This document shows positions 38,613 to 51,740 of a stretch of 64,000 bases of DNA, piece by piece. The DNA is taken from the NCBI RefSeq assembly GCF_009914755.1, contig NC_060944.1, one strand, 5' to 3'. Positions within the stretch are counted from its first letter, which is position 1. Each line of letters starts with the position of its first letter. Origin of the DNA: the human T2T-CHM13v2.0 reference genome, Homo sapiens. Position numbers and translations under genes: made by a program. Under the pieces are notes generated by a model that did not search any database, was not told the origin of the DNA, and was given only the letters and a program-made list of their open reading frames with translations.

Positions 38613-41314
38613 AAACCCCATCTGTGCCTCAGTCCTTGTTAGCCCTCATTACCTTGCCCCTGGGCTATTATAATAATTTCCTTTCTGTGTTTGTTGTCAT
38701 CATTCTTTCATGATTATAATTCACCCCCACTTTATCACTGTGGTTTAAGCTTCTTAAAATGCTCTTGTGGTCATGTGGAGTATCATGCTCAAAAACCTTC
38801 AACAGCTCCCCACTGTCCATGGGATGAAAACTACTTTGAATCAAGGCTCTCTACAGTGCTGCCTGGATTCATGACCATATATTATTTCTACGCATATATC
38901 TGGCATTAAATCAAAGCCACTCTAGTCATTGTTCCTGAACACAGCCTGAAAAGTTCTGTATCTTTGATGTGAAACTCCATCATGCTTCTTGTCCTGCTAT
39001 TTAAATCCTATCCATTCTTGAAAGTCCTGCTAAATCCCCTCTCCTTTGTGAGCTGCTTTCAAATCAACTTAGCTAAAAGGATATTCAACAGTTCAATTTT
39101 CATAACATGTATATCACTACTTATTTGGTCTTCTGCACAAGTTGATGGTTAGTACAGATACTTGTTTATGCATCTCACACTCTCATAACCTGACTAGGTC
39201 TTTACCATGGCAGGAAAAAATATTCAACATAAAAAGATCATTGAACTTTGTGCCACATTTAGGAAGGAGTGATGTGACCCTAATAATAAAGTGCCTAAAA
39301 ATAAATCAGAGGATCTAAGAATGCTTAATGGGAAAGGGTCTGAGAGGCTCTCTAGCCCAATTCATTCACTTGACTACTTGTGGATAGGTGAGGGCCCCAT
39401 GGCCAGTGAGTGACAAAGCTGAGTCTAGCTCTAAGGTATTTTAGTTCCCAGTATCAGGCCTGCCATCCATGAGAGTCATATGTTATTCTTGAAAGTCAAT
39501 ATATTCTGAAGCCATCTTATATCCTGAATTCTTGGAAGTACATTTTCCAATTCTTAGAAACCTTAGGAATAAGGCCCCACATTAGTCCTATTTTTACTTG
39601 TTGTATAAACCTATAGTTTTTTTTAAACTGTTTTTAAATGAAGCTTTAACAAAGTTAGCCTTCTAAAGGTCTAAAGTTCCTCTACTGATACACATCAAAG
39701 TTATTATTTCATCCTCGGAACATCAGTTAGATCTTTAAATTCACAAATAAGTACTTTATCTGCTAGTGTTGAGTTAAAATCCTATAAATTAAAACCTTGG
39801 TAAAATCACTTGCTGTACAGAATGAGCACTTTAGAGACATGTATTAAAATTATTTCCAGGGATTTGAGATAAACAAGGCCTCCAATTTGCCATCCTAATT
39901 CTTTACCTTTCCTGGAACTGAATACTCACTTATGTTTCACCTTAAATATACTTTGAAATTTATGTTTATCTAACATATATGGTTCCATAGTAACAAGTCT
40001 AAATTTTCAGCAAAGAACAATTCTTTGTCTGAGAAAAGGTGATGCAATTATTACATATGACTGCATGATACAGGCTGTCTGGGGTTATTAAAAGAGTCAG
40101 GTATGGCCAATTTACAAGTATCACCCCTGCACCTTGCTTTCAAAGCTCACTGCTGAGTCTTAATGCTCACTGAGGGGCCTCATGGGATCTTTTTACAAAC
40201 GACTGTTTATTATTATATTATTCCATCATATACCTCATGAGAGGGGGTTGTAACACCCGTTAAGAAAATCATGAACTACTTTGACTTCTGTGATAGAATA
40301 CTGCTCTATATATGATGTTTAAAATTATGGTTTTTTTTAACATTGATGTGACAAAACGTTCATAAAAATGTGGAGTTAAATGAAAGCAAAATGTTCCTAC
40401 AAGCTAAATATTATTGCCTACAAAATAAGTGGCTAAAATTTTAAAAATACAAAAATTAAATTAATGCTCAAGTGCATTCAGCAACTGAAATATGAACCAG
40501 TGTTGATCATGTATTGCCAGTGACCAGCACAGCACTTTGCAGAGCAGTTACTGGCTGAGCCAGGGTCTTACTTGCAGGCAAGAGAATCCACTGTTTTGAG
40601 ATTAAGAAGAAAGAGACTTCTATGAGGGTGTTAGATGGTCTGGAGAATGTCTAGAAGTGCCAGGGAACCAATCACAAATCTCCACAGCCAGGAAAAAGCT
40701 GGTAAGCAGGAACACCCAGCCACATCACAAGGCTGTTCCAGCAGAGCCCACTGTCTGCTCATCTCAACAGTGATGGTGGTGCCGGAGCAGAACCTCCATG
40801 ACAGGAGGACCCAGATCCCCCTGTGCTGCTGCCCACCACTCCCCACATCTACCTTCAAGTGCCATGTTGGCTGGTGTCTCTGCTGGACAGAACCTGGGTC
40901 AATGCCAACCCAGCTGCAAGGAGTCTGGGACATGCAGTGTTCAGCTTTCTAGCTTTCCTTGTACAGAGGCTCATTGGGTGGGGTGAAAAGTGAGGGAAAG
41001 TGAGCCGATAGCCATGGACACAAAAGAAGCATTTCTGGATCATAAGCATACATGGGTAAAACAAATGTATCAATCGGTATGTCTGTCTACAGCACAGGGA
41101 GTGGTTATTTCTCCACACGTTGTAAAATTCCACAATGCCTAGTTATGTTTTTTAGTCAAATCATTATGTTCAAAGTAAGAAAATGTATATGGAGAAAGAA
41201 AAAAAATCAACACTTTAAGATATCAGAAATAAATGATGGTGTTGCTGTTCTTCTCCTTACCCTTAATATTATTACAAGAGCTCATGCTTACTAAGGGATC
41301 ATATCCATGATCCA

Positions 41315-41505
41315 GACTGAATGCATTACATGTTTTTACCTCTTTCAAGTCTTCAAACAACCCTCTGAGGTAGGCACTATTATTATCCTCATTCGATAGA
41401 TAAGGGAGCCAGAGCACAGCAAACCCAAATGATTTGGCTAATAAGTAACAAAGCCAAGACAGGAAATCAGACAAGCTGACTTGAGGTCCATGCTCTTAAC
41501 CAATA
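41315..41505 (-). mobile_element. MIR SINE
   Basis: acaaccctctgaggtaggcactattattatcctcatt..tccatgctcttaacca. Confidence 0.7.
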
Positions 41506-42399
41506 CACTTTATCACACTCTATTACACTAGATCTTAACTTTATGCTGTTATGATCCAAATATGTTACTTCAGGGCAGAACAACAAACACTTCTGCATTG
41601 GAGAGAGGCCTCATGCTTTTTTGGTGCATTATAAAACACAATATTATAGATGAAAATGACAAAGACCCACATTTCCCAAAATGTCTATATGCATATTTGC
41701 AACAATAATTTTACATTAATGTAGGCTTTGCATTTAAAAGAGAATTTAACTTTGATGTATAACAGACAAATTACATTAAGACATTAAATCTGTAAGTCAT
41801 TGTTAAAAAATAGCTCACTTATTTTAAGCAAAGAAAACCTTCCAGTCTCTGATACATGTTCTTACAAACATGAAAATAAAATTCCTTTCCTCAACTGTCC
41901 TTTTCCATTTCACACATATTGATCTTTCCATCTGTTTTAAATAATCATGAAATTAATAAAAACTGTTTTTAATAAATCCAAATCATAGGTTCTTTCATGT
42001 CAAACTATTTTGGGGAATTCTGATGTGAAAAAGCTGCTTAAGTGTTAGGAAAAACTGAGAACAACAAGAAACAGCTTTAGAAGAGAAACTGAAGGATGAT
42101 GAAGAACTGAGAAGGCAACTGTGGAAAGGTCTTTCCAGGTTGGGGCAGGGTAGTTTAATAAGGAGGATTCTGAAGTGGAGTAGGACCAAGGGCAGAGCCC
42201 AGGCAAAATAAAACGGAAGGGAGAAACAACATCAAGGCTGTTGGACCAATACGCTTGCTGTGAATCAATAAAAGAAAACATACCTGGTGGAATAAGCCAA
42301 GCCTGTATGTGAATTCTAACAGGCTTTTTAGCCTGTGGCACTGGGCAAAAGTTTTAGATATTTTTTTGAAGTTTCATTATTTATAAAATGGGCCTCAGG

Positions 42400-42605
42400 G
42401 GCCTGGGTACTATGGCTCACACCTGTAATCCCAGCATTTTGGGAGGCCAAGACGGGAGGACTGCTTGAGCCCAGTGAGCTATGATTGTGTCACTGCGCTC
42501 CAGCCTGGGCAATGGAGCGATACCCCATCTCTAAAAAAAAAAGCAATAATAAAATAAAATAAAATAAAATAAAATAAAATAAAATAAAATAAAATAAAAT
42601 AAAAT
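42400..42605 (+). mobile_element. Alu monomer (FRAM/AluJ-like) with a (TAAAA)n tail, inserted in a MIR
   Basis: ~135-bp monomer, (TAAAA)~11 at 42549-42605. TSD-like aaaatgggcc / aaaataggcc. Confidence 0.8.
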
Positions 42606-45600
42606 AGGCCATGGTATTTATTGAATTGAATTGCAGAGAAGATTCAATAGTACAACATCATGCAGTCCCCAGCACAGAGTCCAGCACTGTGAGTGCTGAA
42701 GAAATAAATACTCCTAAGCACCATCACCAGCCCACCCTCAGACACAAAGCAGCTGAGCAGAGGGAAGCGTACTGGGAGACTCCTTCACAGGCAGGCCGGG
42801 TAGCCCTGAAAGTCACGCCAAATTTTCTTCATAATTTATAGTTATTTTGGAACTGTTTATAATCCTAATTATTTTGTAAACCACTAACATCAATTTTTAA
42901 AAAAAATTCATTGTCAAGGAAAAAATAAAGCCATTTCAAACCATGTTTTCGATCACACCAATCAACCACGAACCCATGTTACATATGTACCGGGGGAAAT
43001 ACTACTTGATAAATTCATTGTGTTAGTATTACATAAGTTATTAGGATAACCAAAACTGGTTAAAAATACTAAAAACAGTTGCTTTGGAATGCACTACATT
43101 TTTCTGGCTGTTTGGTATATGTATTATTATTTTTTAAGATACAAATGGTCATGTCTGTTTACATAATAAATTTGCTATCATATTAGATGAAACTATAACT
43201 TTCCAGGATTGCCAGAGAACACAACTCATGAGACATCTACTTTACAAATTGTTTTTTAAACTAAAAAATGTCTTCAATTACTATGAACATCATTATGTTT
43301 GAAAATACTTTTTAGCATCTTATAACTTATTTAATTCAACACTTTATTGGTCACTACTGACATAATTTTGATACCTTCAGATTTAAGAAAGAACTTCATG
43401 AAACAACCAAGCCATACAAAGCATAATGTTCAAAGGCCCATGAACCACAAAGCTGCGTCGTGCAGACAAGTGTGCCACCCAGAGGCAAAAGGAAGAAACC
43501 CACCTTGGATTTTATTTGTGAGACAAAACTGATAATGTTCAATTTTAAACAATTATTTATGATTATTTATTTAAAAACACAGGACATCTTTCATAAGGTT
43601 CTCTCTGCATAAATAAATCCTTTTGCTGCTAGGATACATAAAAGTGTGGCCCTTTGAGAATTCTCACAAAATAGAAAGAAGCCCTGAGATGGTACCAGTC
43701 ACAGGTACATAGTTTGTTAATTAAAAAATTGAATTTAACTGTATTCTCTACCATAAATGCTTTCTTTTCTTTTTATAATTAATATAACATGTGTTTCCAG
43801 AATTACATAAGTTCTGAAACAACCACTATGATCTATTTAGACGTGTGGATCAAAAGTTAAACTAATTACCAGAGACATTTCTTAACTTAAATGAAAAAAA
43901 GTTTCTTTCATTAGGTCTTCTGCGTAATTTTCATCTGGCAAAGGAATAAAGTTTACTTAGAGTAATTCTGTTTGGCAGACAGTCAGCGCTTCTAAAATAT
44001 ATAACAATAATTGTTAAGGTTAAAGAAAACAGTCAACTCTATTAAACTCACATAAAAATTCAAGCTTCTAACTAAGCCTAAATAATAGGCTGATTTTAAA
44101 TAGAGATTTATGATATCCTCATTTCATCTTAGAAGTCTGAATGTTGGGATTACTGTTAGCATTGGACCATCTTTTAAGATTTATGTATTCCACTATGAAC
44201 TATAAAAGATATTGAGCCTTAACTTAATTAAAAACATAACATGCATTAAGATGTAAAAACAATTTTAAGCACAAAATTTGGAAATTCTTTTGTCTATACT
44301 ATAAAATTGTATTTCTTGAAAATGATTTATAAAATAATTTTTTTCAGGTTCTCAAATGTTATATAATATACTCTTATTTCATCTCATTTTACTGTTTCAT
44401 TTCCACATCAACACATCTTAAAATAGAAAGACAATTCTAAACTCATTTATGTGACTTTCTAAAAAATTCATTCTAAGGAACATTGTTTACTGCTAACTTA
44501 CTTGTTTTTATAAAATGAGAAGGATCTATAGTTGATTATTATTTCCAAGTAAATTTTTTTTCCTGCAAAATATTAGCATAAGGCTTCTTTAAAGTAGGGT
44601 ATTGTTAAGTAAACCTTCCTCTTTTGTTTCTTTCACTGAAGGAGTTCATTATTATCTGAGAGTTAATTGTCTTTTCTATACCCCATAATCCTCCACATAC
44701 CCTGAGTTGCATCATTCTGTAAAAGATGCTTCCACTTGCAATGATGCCTGTAAAATATTTGAGCAGGGAGTACAAACAATTCTACTTTGTGTTCCTATTT
44801 CTACATTTATCTAGGAAATAAATGAGATTATGGGACTAAGCCAGCCTGCTACATGGATGTCCTCTATACACTGCTAAAATCACAATGAATATGACAGACT
44901 ACTCACTAGGACAGTATGGTTATTATTTCATATAAGAGTTCAATGATTTTTAAAGCTCAAAGTAAGTATTGGGAAATACATACTGCAAACTATTTAAATT
45001 CAAGTACATTCTAAAGCAACAAAAAAAGTTTGCTTATCAGGAGAATAACTTCTTACATGTACCCTGAGGTATCAAAAGGTCTGTGTGTCTGCATCATACC
45101 TTCAACGAATACAAAAAATGCAGAAAGGACAGTTACTTGATAGTTAATAAATGATTCAAGTTCATTAATAAGTATTTACAATTTAAAGGGTAAATCTCAA
45201 ACACTCCCTATACCTCTATATTGGTTAAGAAAACCTAGTAATAAAATGAAATGTCTTAAAATTTATTGAATCTTTTCTATTCCTTTCTTTCCATCCCCAA
45301 TGCTACCGGCTTAGTTCTTATCATTTTTTTAAAATCTGTATTAAACACTTCCTAATTGTTCTCCATCTACAGGCCAATCTCTGATTCTATCCTACTATCA
45401 CATTTTCAAATCCATCTTCCAAATGCAGTCCAGAATCTCTGTGAAGCATAAATCAATCACATCACTTGCCTGCTTGATATCCCAAATCAAGTCAAGAATC
45501 CATGTGTCCCTATCCGTAATCTCCCTCAACTGGCAGAAGTCTTCCCAAGGGAGGAAGGTCAGGGTCTGGCCACACCCTATCTCCCAAACCTAGGGCCTAC

Positions 45601-46142
45601 AAGGAGGAAGAGGTAGCTAGTGGCTCCTTGGGCCTTTCTGTTCGAACTTGAACCAAACTTAAATTGCATTGGGAGAAATTAAAATAACTCCTTATCAAGA
45701 AATGTCTGGACTCATCTTCTATCTTACAGGTAAAGTCTTTCACAAAAACATCCTAACTACTAAAACAACAATTTTCAAACATTTTTAAATGATCAGTACC
45801 ACTTTCTTCAAACCATATTTAATGCAGAACCCAAACAAAAAGTGGTTATAATAGTATTTTGAGGTTGACAACACAGGCAGAGGTTAGATCATAGAGGCCA
45901 TAGAATAAAATTAAAATTTGGTTGGCACAATGCAAATGCAAAGTCAGTGGGGAGAAGAAGCAGGGATGTGAAACCTGATTTACATTTTTGAAAGACCATT
46001 GTGCTTGCTGTGTGTAAAAGAGTTGAAACTACTGAGAAATTCAACACTTCTGATGTATTTTCATAAATATTACTAATGTCTTTAAAGAGTGATATGCTAT
46101 TTCCAATTAATGGGCAATCACAATAAAGGAGTCGCAGAATAC

Positions 46143-46298
46143 CTGATCCTCGCTGGTTAATCCCAGGTGCATCACAAGGTAAAAATGCACCAGGAAATCT
46201 GAGTTTGGCAGAACGTCCTGGCGTCTGGTCATCATGGCACAGATCAGCCTGTAGGCTTGTAGTTTGCCTTCCTTATATTCATTTGGCAGTGTCGCCGC
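46143..46298 (-). CDS. RALGAPA2: RALGAPA2 coding exon (156 nt): [52 protein letters not shown]
   Basis: Acceptor tctccttgacag|, donor CAG|gtattc. Phase 0-0, 52 open codons. Confidence 0.96.
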
Positions 46299-46532
46299 CT
46301 GTCAAGGAGATGATGTTTCCAGATTAAATCAAGCCCAGGTGCAGAGTATTTCAACATTTCATTTACTTCTCAGTTTTCCTTAAGAGTTGTTTATGGACAT
46401 GTGGGATGCAGTTACTTTAGTAAGACCCAGCCTGTCTTCAAAACATGCAGTCTTGGGCAATTACATTTTTCAAACTCAATTTCAGAAAGGAAGAGGAAAT
46501 CGCAATAAAGGAATAAACACATATCCACTTGC
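46299..46532 (-). other. RALGAPA2: GC-AG intron (234 bp) of RALGAPA2
   Basis: Donor AAG|GCAAGT matches the consensus except GC for GT. It joins the flanking exons in frame as WLFK|AATL. Confidence 0.9.
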
Positions 46533-46631
46533 CTTAAACAGCCATGATGCAAACATTCTGAGTGGTGGGATCAAAACTGGAGGAGATGGAGAAGACTGGT
46601 TATCCAGGCTTATTGCTAGATTATCCCGTAT
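46533..46631 (-). CDS. RALGAPA2: RALGAPA2 coding exon (99 nt): [33 protein letters not shown]
   Basis: Acceptor ctcctctttgtgaattag|, non-canonical donor AAG|gcaagt. Phase 0-0. Recognised RalGAP-alpha peptide. Confidence 0.93.
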
Positions 46632-47013
46632 CTAATTCACAAAGAGGAGAATTTTAGGGTAGGTAACATTACGTTTATCCCAACAGTATTTCAACAGTCT
46701 TCTGTGACCATATAGCTGCTTTCAGTTAATTTCTATAAGTGAAAACCTGTAATATTTACAAGTTTCTCTTTTATTGTGAAATTATCCTTTTGAATTACAT
46801 GTTTGGCTTACTGTATGTGGTTTTAGATTTATATACAAAACAAAGGCATTGTTTTTCCTTGAACGTTAATGGCTGGGGAGGTCCTGAATTCCAAACGATA
46901 AGTAACATTTTAATGAGTTATACTGAACAAACATGAACCATGTTTTTGAAAAAAAAATTTAATACATGTGAATGTCAGAACCCAAACAAAAATCAGAATA
47001 AAAATTGTATGTA

Positions 47014-47147
47014 CTACTCAGGAGGCTAAAGCAGGAGAATTGCTTGAACCCAGGAGGCAGAGGGTTGCAGTGAGCCAAGATGGCGCCACTGCACTCCAGC
47101 CTGGGCGACAGGGCAAGCAAGACTCCATTTCAAAAAAAAAAAAAAAA
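47014..47147 (+). mobile_element. 5'-truncated AluS (right arm only)
   Basis: ctactcaggaggct...A tail. TSD ttgtatgtact on both sides. Confidence 0.88.
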
Positions 47148-47559
47148 CTTGTATGTACTCTAAGATTCTACTTTCATAAAAAGAAAGAAGACTATATATT
47201 AATATTGGCTATTTCTATGAATACTGATGTTAATTTTCTTCTTTGTATTTTTCTACATTTTTCAAATTGTATACAATACAACCAATATCACTTTTATAAA
47301 GAGAGTAACTAGAATGACTTAACATCCTGTATTTAATATCCTATAGCAATATTCTACTTTTGCACTAAATGAAATAACTTTTGCATTTATAAAATAGTCA
47401 TGTTATATATGATTATTCTTTGATAATCAAATGGACTTTGTCTAAATGTACCATTTGTGTTTCGGAATATGTTCAGTAGTTAACTGAAACACAGTTTTTA
47501 CATTAAATGATAAGACCATTTTCCTGGATTAGAATAAAAAGTAACATAGCAGAACTTAC

Positions 47560-47753
47560 CTTTGCTAGTTTGTACCAGAGTTCATAGAGATAGCAGAAAA
47601 CTCTGGCATGGATCTTGGGTGACTGGATGTTATTCACATCTCCGAGGATCCCCAAGACCCTTCGCCATAACACAGCAGCAGAGTCTGGGTGCCAACCAGT
47701 GAGGCTCCCCCCGGCGATTATACTACAGTCATCTGTGAGGCACTCGCTGCTAT
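47560..47753 (-). CDS. RALGAPA2: RALGAPA2 coding exon (194 nt): (D)[64 protein letters not shown]
   Basis: Acceptor tttttctgcatag|, donor AAG|gtaagt. The peptide carries the [28 protein letters not shown] signature of RalGAP-alpha proteins. Confidence 0.97.
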
Positions 47754-48119
47754 CTATGCAGAAAAACATGTCTGTTAACCCTGTAAACAATCTTGATTTC
47801 ATCATACCTTTTTTCTTTAAGGCAAATTACCTTAGGTATTCAAAGTAAAATAATTAAGGCAAAAAATGTGAAACAGCTGAGAATTTAAAAGGAGAGAAAA
47901 GCAGGATCAAGGAAGAAAGGTCAAATGATTTTGATTCTTCAAACTAAAAGAGCAACAAGCTAAGACATGACATAACAGTTCCTGGAGACCCTGTGATGGG
48001 TTTTATAGATCAGGGGAGAGGAAGAGGGAGACCCTTGAGCAGGATGGGTGGGAAACAGTGCCATGGAAATGGGTGGCCAGGGAAGCCTCAATGCTGGAGT
48101 AACATCTGCGGTGGTTGTT

Positions 48120-48900
48120 GTTAGGTCAGGTTCATGGGGGTGAAATGTGCATACAAGAAATTTCCATCCCTTTCAGGTTTAAGGAGTTTTAAGGAATGTA
48201 TACGTTCATGCAACTGTTGCCATAAACTGCCACCATAATTGAAATATGGAGGATCTCATCACTCCAAAAAGTGCCCCTTCATAATTGGTCCCCTTCCTCT
48301 ATTCTCAGCCTCTTGCAACTACTGCTTTGTTCTCTGTTCCTATAGTTTTGCCTTTTCCAGAATGTCACATGAATGAAATTCTACAGTTTGTAGCCTGTCT
48401 GGTTTCTTTCACTCAGCAAAATGCATTTGAGATTCATCTGTACAGTTGTGGGTATCAGTTGTCTCTTCTTATTACTGATTAATATTCTATTTTACAGATG
48501 TGTCATAGTTTATCCATTCACCTGTAGATATTTAGATTTGTTCCTGTTTTTTGGCAATTATGAATACAGTTGCTATAAACATTCATGTACAAGCTTTTGT
48601 GTTAACATGTTTACATTTCTCTTAAGTAAATATCTAGGAGTGAGATTCCTGGGTCCGGTCATAAGTGTATGCTTAATAAACATTAAACTGAAGAAAGAAA
48701 CTGTCAAACTGTTGTCCAAAGTGCTGTTACGGTTTGCACTCCTGCAAGCAAAGTATGAGAGAGTTCCACTTGTTCTACATCCTTGCTAGAACTTGATACT
48801 GTTGGTTTTTAAAATTTTAACCATTCTTATAGGCATGCAGCAGTATCTCACTGAGGTTTTCATTTGCAGTTCTCCAGTGACTAAAGATTTTAAGCATGCA
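48120..48900 (-). mobile_element. Old L1M 3' region
   Basis: gttttgccttttccagaatgtca..tttcactcagcaaaatgcatttgagattcatc..gctataaacattcatgtacaag. Confidence 0.8.
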
Positions 48901-49389
48901 GTGATATGTGACTCGAACTTGAAGACAATGTGCAAATGGGCTGTGCAGCTCTGTGGGGAAGAGTCAGTTAGGGAGAAGAGCTAGAGCAAAGGCTGTGAGA
49001 TAGGAGTGTGCTAACAAGTTCAAGGCATAGAATGTCTTTGTAATATATATTTAATTATGAAATATGAAACTGTGCATTGAAACAAATAGTTAATGAAGAA
49101 TTTAATGATTTACATGTATATCTAATTTTACCGATTAAGTTATAGAATTTTGTTCTTTGGATACCTGTTGCTTTAGTATGAGTAAAGGCTAGAAGACTGA
49201 TTTGAGTACGTCTCCAGCTTCCTAAAATAAGCCTTTGAATTTTTAGAGTAAACAGAAAAGCAGCCAAAGACACACAGGCACCACTTAAAGAATGATGTAT
49301 TATAACAAAAAAATTTATTTCATAGTATGTATGTAATAATCAACAGAGGCAAGCATTTTAACTGCACATTGTATTTTCTCACTCTTCAT

Positions 49390-50005
49390 CCTTTTGACTT
49401 CATTGCAGCATTTAACGCTTCTTCTCAGGCCCTTTTTAGACAATTCTATCTCTATTTGCTTCCATGACCAAGCACATTCCTCTAATCTCTCGCAGCTCAG
49501 TTTTTAAATTCTGGATTCCACATCTCCAACCTGCAGCCTTTGCACAAAGTTCAGTCTCTGTTCTCATGTGTCATAGCCTCAGCCCCCATGTGTTCTATCC
49601 CTCTTCTCCACTGGCATGGTGCTTGAGTAGGCCACCAAAGACTTCCATGTTGTTTAATGTAGTGCTCAATGTCCAGTCCTCAGCAGCATTTGATTCAGGT
49701 AATCATGTCTCCTTTCTGAAATGCTTCAACCATTTGACCCCCAGGTATGACTCTCACCTGGTCTTCTTTTGCTGGTGCTTCTTCATCTCACAGACTGTGG
49801 ACACTGAAGAGCCCTGGAGCTTTTGTCTTCTCTATCTATACTCATGCCCCTCTTAATCTCATACAGATTTACTGCCAGACATATTTGAATGCCATCCATA
49901 TACTCACAGCTCTACATGCCCATTTCTGGCCTAGATTTCTTTCCTCAAGTTTAAACTCATTTCTCCAACAACATATTTGACAGCTCTACATGCTCAGGAC
50001 TGAAC
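49390..50005 (+). mobile_element. L2 fragments
   Basis: cctcagcagcatttga..ccctggagc..cttctctatctatactc L2-like segments. Confidence 0.55.
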
Positions 50006-50779
50006 TGAAGCAGAAACCATAAGCAGGCATGGTCTTTGGTCAGTTTCACTGTGTTCCTGAAGAACCTCAGATATATGTATGTTGAGTTTGTTTTTTTTTT
50101 TTTTCCTGGAATTCAAAAGACTCTCTTCCTGCTCAAAGAGTATGAAAACTCTCCTTTAATCCCTCTGTTTTCAAGACAGCATCTCTGCACTCAGACGTGT
50201 TGGTGACTCCAAGCCAGAACCCGCCTAATTTACTTTCACCATTTTCTAGGGTGAAAAAGCAGTGGCCAGTGGCAACAGAGCTCTAACTAGTTCTTAAACA
50301 GACTTACAGTCTTCCTGTTTTTAGCCCCATCATCACCTCCTACTTTTGTAGCTACCTGGTATGGGAAATTTTCTAACCCTTTTAGAGAACCCGCATTAAT
50401 TTAAGTCAGGTTGTTTCTTGGCTTCCCCTATTACTGACACAGGATTTAATATTCTCAGGTCTGCCAATTAATTTACCACAGGCCACCTGTTCTGCAACTT
50501 CAAGAAGTTGGTTGCTACTGTCTTTCTCCTGCCATCTTTGTCCTTGTGGATTTATGTCTTATTTAATATAAATCCTTTCAATGTGGCTTAAGTACGGTTT
50601 GGAGAATAAGTGGGGCTATTTGTGTTTGTTCACTCTACTGTCTTTAATAATATGCATTATTATAATTTATGTCTTTGTTACTCATTTCTCTTGCTTATTT
50701 TTAAAAGCCACTTATTTTATAATTTTTGTTGTTGGCTTTAATGCATTTATATTTGGTAATTTTTTCCTGAATTAGTCTT

Positions 50780-51740
50780 TTTAAAATAAAATTTATTTTT
50801 TAAGAACAATTTTGGATTTATAAAAAATTGTGACAATAATATAGTTTCCATATACTCCGTATCTAATTTCTCCACTATTAACATCTTATATTCGAATGGA
50901 ATATTTATTACAACAAACCAATACTAAAAGATTATTATAAAGTCTACACTTCATTGAGATTTCCTTAGTTTTTAGGTAATTCTTTTTTCTGTTCCAGGAT
51001 CTCATCCAGGATATCACATAACAAATAGCTGTCATGTCTCCATAGCCTCCTTTTGACTGTGAGTTTTCTTAAAACTTTGTTTTTGATGACCTTCATGGTT
51101 TTTAAGGAGTACTGGCTTTATAGATTGTTCCTCAATTGGAATCTATTGGATATCTTTCTCATAGGCTTTTCTTTTGCATTCCTGGAATGAACTTCTCTTA
51201 GCCCTGATGTATGATATTTTTCCAACATTCTTCAATCTCATTTATTATTGCTTTATTTAGAATTTTTTGCTTATATGTTTATAAGTGAGATGGTCTCTAA
51301 TTATGTTTTTTTCATACTGACCTTGTGTGGTTTGTTTCAAGGTAACATAAGGTAGATAACAGAAGTGAGTTTCTCTTTCTACGGAATGGGATGAAAAAGG
51401 TAAAGTTTCTCTTTTACATGAAGGTTTAGTAAAGCTAGAAATTATCCTTTATTTTTATAGATCTATTTGAATAGCATACTGTATTATTTTAAAAATTTAT
51501 ATTGGTTTCGTAGTTGTTCCCTTTTCACCTCCAACATTTTTTCTTGATCAGTCTTGCCTGTTTGTCTATTTTTATTAGTGTTTTCAAAGAACAATTTTTA
51601 GTTGTCTTCTAACTATTATTTGCTTTCTAGTACATGCATGTATGCTCTCAGCTTTATTAGTTCCTTTTTTATTAACATGTATGTTATTCTGTTATTCTTT
51701 TCCTAATTTTTGAATAGAACACATTGTGTTAATTTATTAA
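50780..51740 (-). mobile_element. L1MC-like 3' end plus older L1 fragments
   Basis: ctattaacatcttat..ttttctgttccaggatctcatccaggatatcacat..tttttgatgacctt. Confidence 0.65.

Noticed and set aside
40631-40986. GC-rich patch with ORFs on both strands
   Set aside because: No recognisable protein, repeat or consistent exon. I cannot support a call.
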